From an uncultured Verrucomicrobiae bacterium (lineage in GTDB: Bacteria > Verrucomicrobiota > Verrucomicrobiia > Palsa-1439), in NCBI GenBank assembly GCA_963812605.1, contig CAWEWF010000005.1, positions 352,001-416,000 on the forward strand: a stretch of 64,000 nucleotides of DNA, read 5' to 3'. Position 1 is the stretch's first letter. Every line of letters begins with the position of its first letter. The notes beneath the pieces are model-generated. The model was not told the origin of the DNA. It did not search any database and saw nothing but the letters and a program-made list of their open reading frames with translations. A program made the position numbers and the translations under genes. This document shows, piece by piece, positions 40,744-50,664 of this stretch.

Positions 40744-43186
40744 ATGATTGCGGGTGTGAAGAAGAAATTAGAATTGATTGCGCCGGCGGGGAATATGGAA
40801 TGCGCGCGGGCGGCGGTGGCGAACGGCGCGGACGCGGTGTACTTCGGCCTGGAAAAATTCAATGCGCGGATGCGCGCGGACAATTTCACCGAGGAGCAGT
40901 TGCCGGGCTTGGTCCGCTTTCTGCACGAGCACGGCTTGCGGGCGTTCTGCACGGTCAACACGCTGATTTTTACGGACGAGTTGGCGGAGGCGGAGCGTGA
41001 GTTGATGCTGCTCGACCAAGCGGGCGTGGATGTGATCATCGTCCAGGACCTCGGGTTGGCGGTGCTGGCTCGTGAACTCGGTGTGCGAATGGACGTGCAC
41101 GCCTCGACGCAGATGACGATCACATCGCCGGAGGGCGCTAAATTCGCTGCGCGTCTTGGCGTCAAGCGCGTGGTGTTGGCGCGGGAAGCGTCGATGAAGG
41201 AGATCGCAAGTTCGGCAACGAGCGCGGAGATCCCGGCGCTGGAGGTCTTTGTCCATGGAGCGCTCTGCGTGGCGTATTCGGGTCAATGCCTGACGAGTGA
41301 AGCGCTCGGGCAGCGCAGCGCCAACCGCGGTGAATGCGCGCAGGCTTGCCGTTTGCCGTATGAACTGGTCGTCGATGGCGCGGTGAAGGATTTGGGCGAC
41401 CGACGCTACCTGCTCTCGCCGCAGGACCTCGCGGCAGTTCGTGAGATTCCTGAACTGATTCGTCTGGGTGTGACCGGTTTCAAGATCGAGGGGCGGCTCA
41501 AATCGCCGGAGTACGTCGCGGCGACTTGCCAGGTTTATCGCAAGGCCATTGACGCGGCCCTTGGCTCCCAGTCCACCACTCCCGACGAGGCGGACAAGTA
41601 CAAGCTGGAAATGACGTTTTCCCGCGGTTTGTATTCGGGGTGGTTGCACGGCGTGAATCACCAGGAGTTGGTGCATGCCCGCTTCGGCAAGAAGCGCGGG
41701 CCATTCGTGGGGCCCATCAAACAAGTGGGCGCCGATCATGTCGAAGTGGACGCGCAGACGCCGTTGCAGGCTGGTGATGGCGTGGTGTTTGATAACGGCG
41801 GCGACACGGATCATGAACAGGGCGGACGCATCTGGGAGACACGGGGGAACAGCCTTTACTTCGAGCGAGGGCACATCGATTTTGGCAAGCTGAAGCCCGG
41901 CGACCGCGTGTGGAAAACCAGCGACCCGCAGCTCCAGCGTGAATTGAAACGCACGTACAAGAACGATATTCGGCGCCCAAAAACCAGGATCGACCTGACG
42001 GTGAAGGGCGAGGTCGGGAAGGCCATGACGATCGAGGCGAACGGGGTGCGGGTCAATTCATCCATGGCTTTGCAGACGGCGTTTCGGCGGCCGTTGACGG
42101 AGAAATTGTTGCGCGAGCAACTGGGACGAATGGGGGAGACAAATTTTGAGATGGGCGAGCTTCACAACAAGCTCGTCGGCCAGGCGATCCTGCCCGTGAG
42201 CGAGCTCAATCGCCTGCGGCGCGATCTGGTGGAGAAGATTGTTGCCGCGCTGGAGGCCGGGACCATCCCGCGGACGGGATTGACGTTCCGTCCTTCCTGA
42301 ATTGCTCGCGAATATTCCCGAACGGCAGACGGCCGCAGCGACTCAACTTGTCGTCTTGTGTCGCACGATGGAACAACTGGCGGCGGCGCTCGATTCCGGT
42401 TGCGCGACTGTTTATGTGGATTTTGAAGATATTCGTCGCTACGACGAGGCGGTGGCGTGCGTGCGAAAGCGGACGGGAGCACAGATATTTCTGGCAACAC
42501 CACGGATTCAAAAGGCTGGCGAGCAGGGATTCTTCAAACTGATCAATGACTCCAGGCCGGATGGGGTGCTGATTCGCAACTTGGGCGGCCTGGACTATTT
42601 TCGCGAGAGCTCGCTGCGCAAGATTGGCGATTTCTCACTCAACGTTGCCAACCCGCTGGCCGCCGAGGTTCTCATGCGCGAGGGATTGGAACGCCTCACC
42701 GTTTCGTATGACCTCAATGCGCAGCAAGTCCTTGATCTGTTGCGCGCCGCATCACCCGACTGGTTTGAACTGACCGTTCATCAGCACCTGCCGATGTTTC
42801 ATATGGAGCACTGCGTTTTTGCCGCGTTTCTTTCCAACGGCACCGACGCCTCCAATTGCGGGCGCCCTTGCGATAGTCATAACCTGAAACTGCGCGACCG
42901 CGTCGGTGTGGAACACCCGGTGAAGGCCGACGTGGGCTGTCGCAACACCGTTTACCACGCGAAAGCGCAAAGCGGGGCCGATTACCTGCAATCGTTCCTG
43001 AAGGCCGGCGCCCGCGTGTTTCGTGTCGAACTCCTGGAAGAAGATGCCGCGAAGACCCGTGCGATCGTGCAGGGCTACCGGGACTTGATCGACGGGACGG
43101 CCGCAGATTCATCCGCTTTGTTCCGCCGACTGAATGTGGTGAAACAACTGGGCGTCACCAGCGGAACGCTCACCGTCTTGTCCTGA
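40744..43186 (+). CDS. Peptidase U32 family protein with DUF3656 (RlhA-like rRNA hydroxylase); frameshift near 42285
   Basis: ELIAPAG, HASTQM, HGALCVAYSGQC, NRGECAQACR, KIEGR; C-terminal MEHC..C..C in the second frame. Confidence 0.82.
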
Positions 43187-43197
43187 CCCGCCTGCCG

Positions 43198-44403
43198 CTA
43201 CTCATCCTGGTCCATCTGGTCTGTGGGCGGGAGTTCCTTCCGATGGGTCAGGAAAAATGCGCCGCCGACAATGCTCCAGAACAGCGACGCGAGATAGCCC
43301 AGCAACGACATCACCAGCGCCACTGGCTCCGCCACGCCGACCTCGTGAAACATCTTGATGTACATGCCCTCGCGCACACCAAAACCCGAAATGGTGATCG
43401 GCACGGCCGTCACGGAATTAATGATCGGCAGGTAGAGAAAGTAGTCGGTGAAACTCGCGGAGGTAACTCCCAAACCACGGCCCACGCACCAGATGCTGAG
43501 CATGGAGAAGAAGTGGACGACAAATGAGATCACCAGCGTCTTGGTCAGAATCACCGGATGAGAGGCGTAGACGCGATACGCGTCCACCATGCGTCGCATC
43601 GTGGCGTAATGCGGCATCCGCTGCAGCCACGACCGTAATCCCGGAAGCTTGTCCGCAAATCCGCGCCATAAACCAACGACCGTGCCGACAACCGTAAACA
43701 CCACCACGCCGAGCGTCGCCATCGAGAACCAGTACAGCTTGGGGTCATTGAACACGCGCGTGTGGTACAGCGCCATCATGAACAGCGCGATGACGAACAG
43801 CGCCAACAACCCGATCAACCGGTCAACGACGACCGTCGCGATCGCCTCGGCTTTTTTATGATGCGTCTCGTGCGCCACGTACCAGGCCTTGATCACATCG
43901 CCGCCTGTCGACCCGAGCATGAACGCATTGAAGAACAGCCCGATAAATGAAATCGAAAAGAGCCGCGAGAATTTTACCTCCAGCCCCTGCACATGCAAAA
44001 TCCACTGCCACCGGAGAATACCGAGAAGGGCCGGCATTCCCGCGCAGATAACGGCAGCCGCCAACCACAAGGCGCTGATTTTCCGCAGCGCTTCCCACAA
44101 GGCCCGCGGGCCGATGGTCCAGACAAGTGGAAAACGCTCGGACCAAGTGAGGTTCTTGAGGTTGACAGTCGGAACAACTTTTTCTTCCACTTGCTCTTGC
44201 ACGATGCCCTTGGCGCGCACGAGTTCCACTTGATCCGGACGAAGGCGCAGATCATGGGCCAGATCGGCGACGCTCGCATTGGGTGAGTCGGCGATCTTCC
44301 CCAAGGTCTGCGTCACTTCTTTTTGGAAAATGCCGTTGAACAGGTAGGCGAGAATGCCCACGCTGACCACCACCCGCACCAACGCGCCGAGTTTTTTCTT
44401 CAT
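43198..44403 (-). CDS. Lysylphosphatidylglycerol synthase TM-domain (UPF0104 flippase-like) protein
   Basis: LRW, GSTGGDVIK, DRLIGL, PITISGFGVRE. Confidence 0.8.
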   Translation of the reverse strand: MKKKLGALVRVVVSVGILAYLFNGIFQKEVTQTLGKIADSPNASVADLAHDLRLRPDQVELVRAKGIVQEQVEEKVVPTVNLKNLTWSERFPLVWTIGPRALWEALRKISALWLAAAVICAGMPALLGILRWQWILHVQGLEVKFSRLFSISFIGLFFNAFMLGSTGGDVIKAWYVAHETHHKKAEAIATVVVDRLIGLLALFVIALFMMALYHTRVFNDPKLYWFSMATLGVVVFTVVGTVVGLWRGFADKLPGLRSWLQRMPHYATMRRMVDAYRVYASHPVILTKTLVISFVVHFFSMLSIWCVGRGLGVTSASFTDYFLYLPIINSVTAVPITISGFGVREGMYIKMFHEVGVAEPVALVMSLLGYLASLFWSIVGGAFFLTHRKELPPTDQMDQDE

Positions 44404-45323
44404 ACAGTGACAGGCTTTCTCAGCAAGTCGTGCACCCGTTTCAGGTTTTTAACGATTTGGTCCGGCTTCCATTCGGGATGAATTTCCCAAGCCAATACCA
44501 TGTCATCAGTCACGAACGGCGCCAGCCGGCCAAAATCAAACGTCCCAAATCCCGGCGGCTGATGGTCTTCGGCGGGTGGAGAAAAATCCTGCAAGTGCAT
44601 TCCTGCTGTCCGCCCGCGGAACCGCCCCAGGATGGTTTCCAGGTGCATCAGGCCCAGCGTTTCCTTCACCGCCGCGTGCCCCACGTCGTGCCAGTACAGG
44701 ATCGACTCGGTGCCGAATCGCTTCAGGATCTCCTCCGCCTCGATCTCCGTCGGGATTTCTTCAATGCCGAAACGCGTTTCCATCCCGAGCTTCACGTTCA
44801 CTTCCTTCGCGTGCGGCAAGACCTCCTCCAACGTCCGATAGACCTGCTCAAGATGCTTTTGGCGCTTCTTATCGCGCATGGTTTGCGCCTTGTCTCGCAA
44901 CCGCTGGAACTTCGGCGTCTCGCCGCGACCATCCGCGCACAACCCCAGCAGCCGCATCGTGTAATCCCGCATCGGCACCCGGCCCAGGTGCAGCACCACC
45001 GCCTTCGCGCCGAGCGTCGCTGCGCAATCGATCGTCCGCAACGTGTGCCGCACCGCGCACTGCCGCTCATCCTCGTCCCGCGAGCTGGGTAAATAATAAT
45101 CCGGTGCCGACCCCATCACGCCGAGGGGCAGGGGACAAAAATTGTGGAGGGAACAAATCTTGATCTCGCCCGCCGCCACCGCCTGCAGCACGCCGTCCAG
45201 AAGCGACAGCCGCGTGCCGTGCCCCAACTCGGCGTACTCAAACCCGAGCGCGCGCACTTCATTGACCATCGCGCGCCCGTCCGTATGGCGCTGGGAATTC
45301 CAGCAAGTTGAAAAGGCGAACAT
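44400..45323 (-). CDS. Sugar phosphate isomerase/epimerase (TIM barrel)
   Basis: SLHN, VLH, METR, WHDVGH, HLQD, DHQPPG, EIH. Confidence 0.8.
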   Translation of the reverse strand: MFAFSTCWNSQRHTDGRAMVNEVRALGFEYAELGHGTRLSLLDGVLQAVAAGEIKICSLHNFCPLPLGVMGSAPDYYLPSSRDEDERQCAVRHTLRTIDCAATLGAKAVVLHLGRVPMRDYTMRLLGLCADGRGETPKFQRLRDKAQTMRDKKRQKHLEQVYRTLEEVLPHAKEVNVKLGMETRFGIEEIPTEIEAEEILKRFGTESILYWHDVGHAAVKETLGLMHLETILGRFRGRTAGMHLQDFSPPAEDHQPPGFGTFDFGRLAPFVTDDMVLAWEIHPEWKPDQIVKNLKRVHDLLRKPVTV

Positions 45324-45403
45324 GAATTGAAGGGGCCAGCCCAAAAATTGTCGGGGCCAGCGTGCGCATCGCGGCGCTGGCCCCGCTGATTGTCTATGCT
45401 CGT

Positions 45404-45580
45404 TTAGAATCCGATGAAGGTGCGAGGCCCACGGGCTTTACGCCGACGCTTCTCGCTCGGCTTCTCGTAGTGACGATGGGCCCGCGCCTCACGCAAAGTC
45501 CCCTCGCGATCCAGCTTCTTCTTCAGCCGGCGCAGGGCCTTTTCCACAGGCTCACCTTTTTTTAGTCTGACTTCTGACAA
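45404..45580 (-). CDS. rpsU: 30S ribosomal protein bS21 (58 aa, absent from ORF track)
   Basis: TTG start; [48 protein letters not shown]. Confidence 0.92.
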   Translation of the reverse strand: MSEVRLKKGEPVEKALRRLKKKLDREGTLREARAHRHYEKPSEKRRRKARGPRTFIGF

Positions 45581-45663
45581 TTCCGATTCACACCCCTCTC
45601 AAACGCTTCTGCCCCGCATACTTACGTGAGACAAGAACTCTCAGCGTTACGAAAACTCCGCCC

Positions 45664-45692
45664 ATCATAACCGCCCCACCACGCCCTGTCAA
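45664..45692 (-). promoter_or_regulatory. sigma70 promoter of rpsU
   Basis: TTGACA-17-TATGAT. Confidence 0.8.
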
Positions 45693-45849
45693 TGCACACT
45701 CAAATTTGGCACTTCCCGCGTTGAACAGGCGTCCCGCCTGTTGGAGAGGGTTCGCCCCCAAGCAAATGCGGGAGCGACCTCAGCGTCGCGACTCCAGCCG
45801 TCTCCTTCCCAATTCCCTATTGAAAGTTGCGCGTTCAGCGTTGAATGTT

Positions 45850-46420
45850 GGACGTTGATCCGTTCCCACCCCCTCTCTTGCGGCCTCATTTGGGTTCGTT
45901 TTCCGGAAACGAACCCAAATAAAAACTCGCCTTCTAAAGTGCTAACCCTTTATCCCCATGATGGATGCGCACAAAAGTCCGCGTCGGCAATTTGGGTTCG
46001 TTTCGCAGAAAGCATGTTTTGTAAGCCCCCATTTTTCCACCAGGCTTCTCGCGCCGACGTGTCCGCCAGAGCTTTAGCACGGTGGAAGCGGCCTCGCGAA
46101 GGCGGATCTGATTTTCCGCTCTGCGCTCCCCGCTTTCCCTCTCTCCCAATGTCAAAGAACCGCCCCGACTATACCCCTCTTGCCACACCGCGTCCAGCAA
46201 AATTATCGTAAAACGATATATGATCCGCCCTGCCCATTCTAGCTACGCTTCTGTGAAGCGCAGGCCTGTCTTCGTCCGCGATCGGTCCGCTTTGTAGGCC
46301 GCGTGCCCCCACGCGGCGCGGATTCGGGTGCGCCACCTCCCTCCGTCGAGGCGTCCGTCTTGATTTCCAGCCCGTAAATCTCCTCTCCCCTTGGGGGAGA
46401 GGATTGAGGTGAGGGGTATT
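45850..46420 (-). repeat. Composite non-coding repeat copy 3
   Basis: TGGACG-17-TATAGT, GCGGTTCTTTGACA, 15-bp stem 45906-45920/45990-46004; colinear with copy 1. Confidence 0.8.
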
Positions 46421-47019
46421 CGTGTCACCAGGAAGGCAAGCCTCGCCCCATTGTAGGGCGCGCGGCCCGCGTGCCGTCGTCCTCCGCCTGCTTTTCCGAT
46501 CCTGTCACCCTGAGCGAGGCGAAGGGTATTGCCCGCCAGCATGGAACCCATACAAATAATAGAGGACGGCCCAGCCACACATTTTTCTCTGCCTCCGCCC
46601 GGAATCTCTCAATCCGCCATCCCCGTCCCATTGTAGCCGCAGGCTTCAGCCTGCGTGCACTCAATTCAATGACGAAAAACAGGAAGTGTGACAAAAAATT
46701 TGGCACACCTAGAAAGAATTTTGGCACAGTTGGAGCAATTTGGCACGACTGCTAATGAGCCGCGCGGGACCGATTCAATTTATTTAACATTCGATTGCGG
46801 AACTCGCATTAGATCGCGTGTACACTCCGGTTCCTGATGATATAACCCTTGTAGGGTTATAGAGTGCTTATGGTCGGAGTGCAACTCTCATATAACCATG
46901 CTGATCAGCAAGGCCGGTACGATCCATTGGCATATCCAATGCAGTATCCCGCGCCCAACGCCGCTGTGACACACATGGTGTGGGGCCTGTGGCAGTAGCA
47001 CATGGGAAATTGAGCATCC

Positions 47020-48378
47020 ATGAATAGTATCATTTTAGCCGAGTCTGATCTTCGAAACTTGATGTTCATCAGCTATGGTTACGAGGATCAGGTGTTCGCG
47101 AAGTGGTTGGCTCGGAAACTGGCGTTCTATGGTTACGGCGTCTGGATCGACCAAATTGAAATTCTTGGCGGGGAGTCGTGGGTTAAAGACGTTGATCTAG
47201 CTATTAAGGACCGCTCCTTTCGTGTGCTAGGGCTTCTCTCCAAGGCCTCCATTGGGAAGGACAATCCGCGAAAAGAGCGTACACTTGCACTTCAGTTGGG
47301 TAAACAGCGCGACACGGATGACTTTCTGATTACTTTGAACCTCGATGGCGCTCAGCCGGATTGGTCGATATCGGATATCTCGTGGATTTCATTTCGGGAA
47401 AGCTGGGCGGATGGCCTGCGCCGGCTTCTAAAGAAGCTCGAATCGTTGCACGCGCCGAGGATTCATGCAGGGAATTCGGCCATCGCGAAGGCGGCGTTGG
47501 AACGAGGTGCTTCGTTATTGTCGAAAAAAACAGAAGCTCTCACGACGAATTGGATACCATTCGTTCAGGTGCCCGAAACCCTTCAGGTATTCGACACGTT
47601 GGGCCTGAGCAAAGAACAGGGACAGGCCTGTTATGATCTCTGGCCACACTGTCGGCTCGAATCTGGAAGAGCGGCAGCCTTTTCACCTCCTCCAGCTGAG
47701 TTCACGAGACTTGTGAAACAGACCAAAGAGGTTGTCCACTGGCCATCCTTTGATTCGATCCATGGCACGTCGGCGCACAACATCGTATCTCGGCTTTTGA
47801 ACCGCTCTGTCCATTTGTGGCTTATTCGAGCGGGCTGCGTCCTCACTGCTGACTACCGCACGTACTATTTGCCCGATCCGTTTCGAGGAGAATCCATCTT
47901 CCGCTTCAAGGATGTGGACGACAAACAGGTTTACATCAGAGTCGCGGGCTGCATTCGGCTTTACCGGCCTAATTCCGTGCCGGAAGAAGTCATTCACCAC
48001 CCAGCGGTTAGCTATGTGATTCGCAAGACGGATTTAGGAAGTTTCGTAATTCAGCTTCGTCCCGGAGTGGCTTTGTTCGATGGGGCGCATAAACCCATCG
48101 TGGGTAGAAAAGTTGGCCCGCGAACCAAGAAAGTCACGCGATCTTACTTCAATGACAAATGGCGCAAACGATTGATGGCGTTTTCGCAATTGCTCGCGCA
48201 ATCGGCGAGCGAAGACAAGGAAACAACTTTGCGGCTCGGAACACTTATTACTTTGACCACCGATTGGTGTCTGGATGAAACATCCCTCTCGGTCACGGCA
48301 ACTGCTGAGGTTGAGGAGCCGGCTCAGGTCGATGTGCAGGTCAGCGCGGAAGAGATGGAGGAATTACAGGATGAGTAA
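47020..48378 (+). CDS. TIR-APAZ effector of a SPARTA-type system
   Basis: TIR motifs FISY, FAKWLARKL, GYGVWID, catalytic-like RKE; APAZ region (NWIP); acidic C-terminal tail; overlaps the pAgo start. Confidence 0.88.
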   Translation: MNSIILAESDLRNLMFISYGYEDQVFAKWLARKLAFYGYGVWIDQIEILGGESWVKDVDLAIKDRSFRVLGLLSKASIGKDNPRKERTLALQLGKQRDTDDFLITLNLDGAQPDWSISDISWISFRESWADGLRRLLKKLESLHAPRIHAGNSAIAKAALERGASLLSKKTEALTTNWIPFVQVPETLQVFDTLGLSKEQGQACYDLWPHCRLESGRAAAFSPPPAEFTRLVKQTKEVVHWPSFDSIHGTSAHNIVSRLLNRSVHLWLIRAGCVLTADYRTYYLPDPFRGESIFRFKDVDDKQVYIRVAGCIRLYRPNSVPEEVIHHPAVSYVIRKTDLGSFVIQLRPGVALFDGAHKPIVGRKVGPRTKKVTRSYFNDKWRKRLMAFSQLLAQSASEDKETTLRLGTLITLTTDWCLDETSLSVTATAEVEEPAQVDVQVSAEEMEELQDE

Positions 48379-49875
48379 GGCATTTCCGAATGTTGAGCTT
48401 TTGCCCGAGCCTGAACTGGAATTCGCCTCGCGGCAGCAAATCGAGCATCCAGTTTCGGGGCTAGGACTGTTCGGTCCGGTAGACAGCAACGGAATCGAGA
48501 AGCCAAACCGCATCAATTACGCCGTTATCGGTCGACCTGATGGCATTGTCGAGTTCAGTGCGTTTGCGGCGCGGCTAAATTCGCCGATTGATCCTCCACC
48601 TGAACGAAGTGAAATCCTCTGGCCGCATTACCCGGGTTTCGAGGAAGCGATGCACGCTGTATTTCCGAAATCCGCGCCGCTGTCTGAACCGCTGGATTCG
48701 AGAGAAATAGGAGTGCAGTTAATCAAGGCGATGACCACAAGAGAGTGTTCGATGTTACAAGTCTGTATCTCCACGCAATCCAGGCGCTCGCACGAAAGGA
48801 CACCGCCATTGACGTGACGATCTGTGTGGTGCCTGAAATCATTTACACGAATTGCCGATCACTATCGAAAGTCTCGAATGGGACGGGAAAGCGGCTTTCG
48901 GGGAAGGAGGTCAGACTCCGAAGGCAGACAGCCGATCTCTTCGGCGGATATGATTCTGAGCAGTATGATTTTTCATTGGACTTTCGTCGCCAAATTAAGG
49001 CACGCGCCATGGAGTGCAAGATGCCGATTCAGATTGTACGGGAATCTACCCTGAATCTATCGAACGAAGCGCCACCATGGGGGCAGCGCGTTTTGACTCC
49101 ATTATCTGACCGGGCGTGGAATTTGTCTACGGCGCTCTATTACAAGAGCGGCCGGAAACCTTGGAAACTTCCAAGCGCGCGGGATGGAGTTTGCTATGTG
49201 GGTATCGCATTCAAGCGAACCGATGAAAGCGGGCGAACCGCTTGCAGCGCTGCGCAGATGTTTCTGGATGACGGAGACGGAATTGTCTTCCTGGGTGATT
49301 ACGGCCCATGGTATTCCCCGGATTCCAAGCAGTGTCATCTTACGCGTTCCGCTGCACAAAGGCTTCTCGCGGGTGTGCTCAAGACCTATGAGGAGCAGCA
49401 CGGGAAGACACTACGCGAAGTGTTCTTGCATTGCCGCTCTACAATTGATGAGGAAGAATGGTGTGGCTACCAGGAAGCTTGCCCAAAGGGCGTGAAGCTG
49501 GTGGGAATTCGTGTTGCTCCCGACCGGCGAGGGCTTCGTGCTTACCGCGGTGGCACACGTCCAGTTGTTCGCGGCACTTTTTGGAAAGCCTCAGTGCGGG
49601 CGGGTTACCTTTGGGCATCAGGGTTTAAACCGGTCTTGAGAACCTACGATGGATGGGATGTTCCCGAACCGCTGCGTATTGAGATTCAGCACGGGGATGC
49701 GGACATCAGGCAGGTCGCTGTCGATATTTTTGCTCTAACCAAGTTGAATTACAATGCATGCAAGCTCGGTGAGAGCCAACCTGTAACCGTGCATTTCTCA
49801 GATGCGGTTGGAGAAATCCTAGTTGCCAACCAAGGGGCAAAGACCTTTTTGCCAAATTTCAAATACTACGTGTGA
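48371..49875 (+). CDS. Short prokaryotic Argonaute (MID-PIWI), one-base deletion near 48710
   Basis: EPELEF..P..GL.LFGP; IQIVRESTL; AWNLSTALYYKSGRKPWKL; VCYVGIAFK; LTKLNYNAC; PVTVHFS; ends FKYYV. Confidence 0.92.
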
Positions 49876-49905
49876 AAATGCGTTCTGGTGCGACCTTCAC
49901 ATCGG

Positions 49906-50643
49906 TCACTTGCTCTCCGCCACCCGCGCACTCGCATTCGACTTCACCAATTCCGCAAACGGCGCCAGCAACTGCTGGTCGTCGGCGGACATTTGTCCAA
50001 TGTCATCGAGGAGTTTCTGCGGGTCGGATTGCGCTTTTTCGCTCAACTGGACCGGGTTGCGGATCACCTTCGCGAAATGCTTGTCCACCGTTCCGCGCAG
50101 GAACACGGAGAACATCTGGGCCATTGTCGCGAGCACCGCGTTGTCCACCTTCACAAAGGCCGCGCGCGTGTACTCGATCTCGTCACCTGACTTGGCGCGA
50201 TAATCCACGATCGCCACGCCGCGTCCGCTCGCGTCGAACAGTCCATGCTGCGTGCCGGCCACGTAGATGACGCGTTTGCCGTCGCTGGCGTAAATGTTGA
50301 CCATGAAACCCGCCGCGCCGTCGTGGTCGTCCGCGTGCAGCCATCCCTCCGCGTCCCGCGTTGCGCGATATGTGATCAATCCTTCCTTCTCCGCCAGCGC
50401 CGAACAGGAGTCCATGTGATCGAACAAATACTCGAACACCGGGATCTGCGCCTTGAATGCCTCCGCCGGATACTCGCAATGCAAAGTCGGATGGTCCGTC
50501 GCCTCATGCGCCAGGGCGCGGTTCGTCACGGTCATCGACTCGAAGGGAATCAAACGTAAAGCGACCGGGTCATCCTCCGCGCGCACAGGAATCGCGCATA
50601 AGATGAAAAGGAATACCCACGTAGCGCCAACCAACCGCCTCAT
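49906..50643 (-). CDS. Hypothetical exported protein
   Basis: Signal peptide, host-like codon usage, downstream of uvrC. Confidence 0.65.
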   Translation of the reverse strand: MRRLVGATWVFLFILCAIPVRAEDDPVALRLIPFESMTVTNRALAHEATDHPTLHCEYPAEAFKAQIPVFEYLFDHMDSCSALAEKEGLITYRATRDAEGWLHADDHDGAAGFMVNIYASDGKRVIYVAGTQHGLFDASGRGVAIVDYRAKSGDEIEYTRAAFVKVDNAVLATMAQMFSVFLRGTVDKHFAKVIRNPVQLSEKAQSDPQKLLDDIGQMSADDQQLLAPFAELVKSNASARVAESK

Positions 50644-50664
50644 ACCGCAACCGTACGACAGCCC

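Noticed and set aside
45934-46200. Small ORFs over the repeat copies (e.g. ..FLRNEPK..; 31372-31848)
   Set aside because: Frames and stops are not conserved between copies; these are translations of repeats
46870-46998. 42-aa ORF upstream of TIR-APAZ
   Set aside because: No clear RBS or recognisable motif
49906-50643. Third component of the Argonaute system
   Set aside because: Convergent, host-like composition, has a signal peptide and follows uvrC
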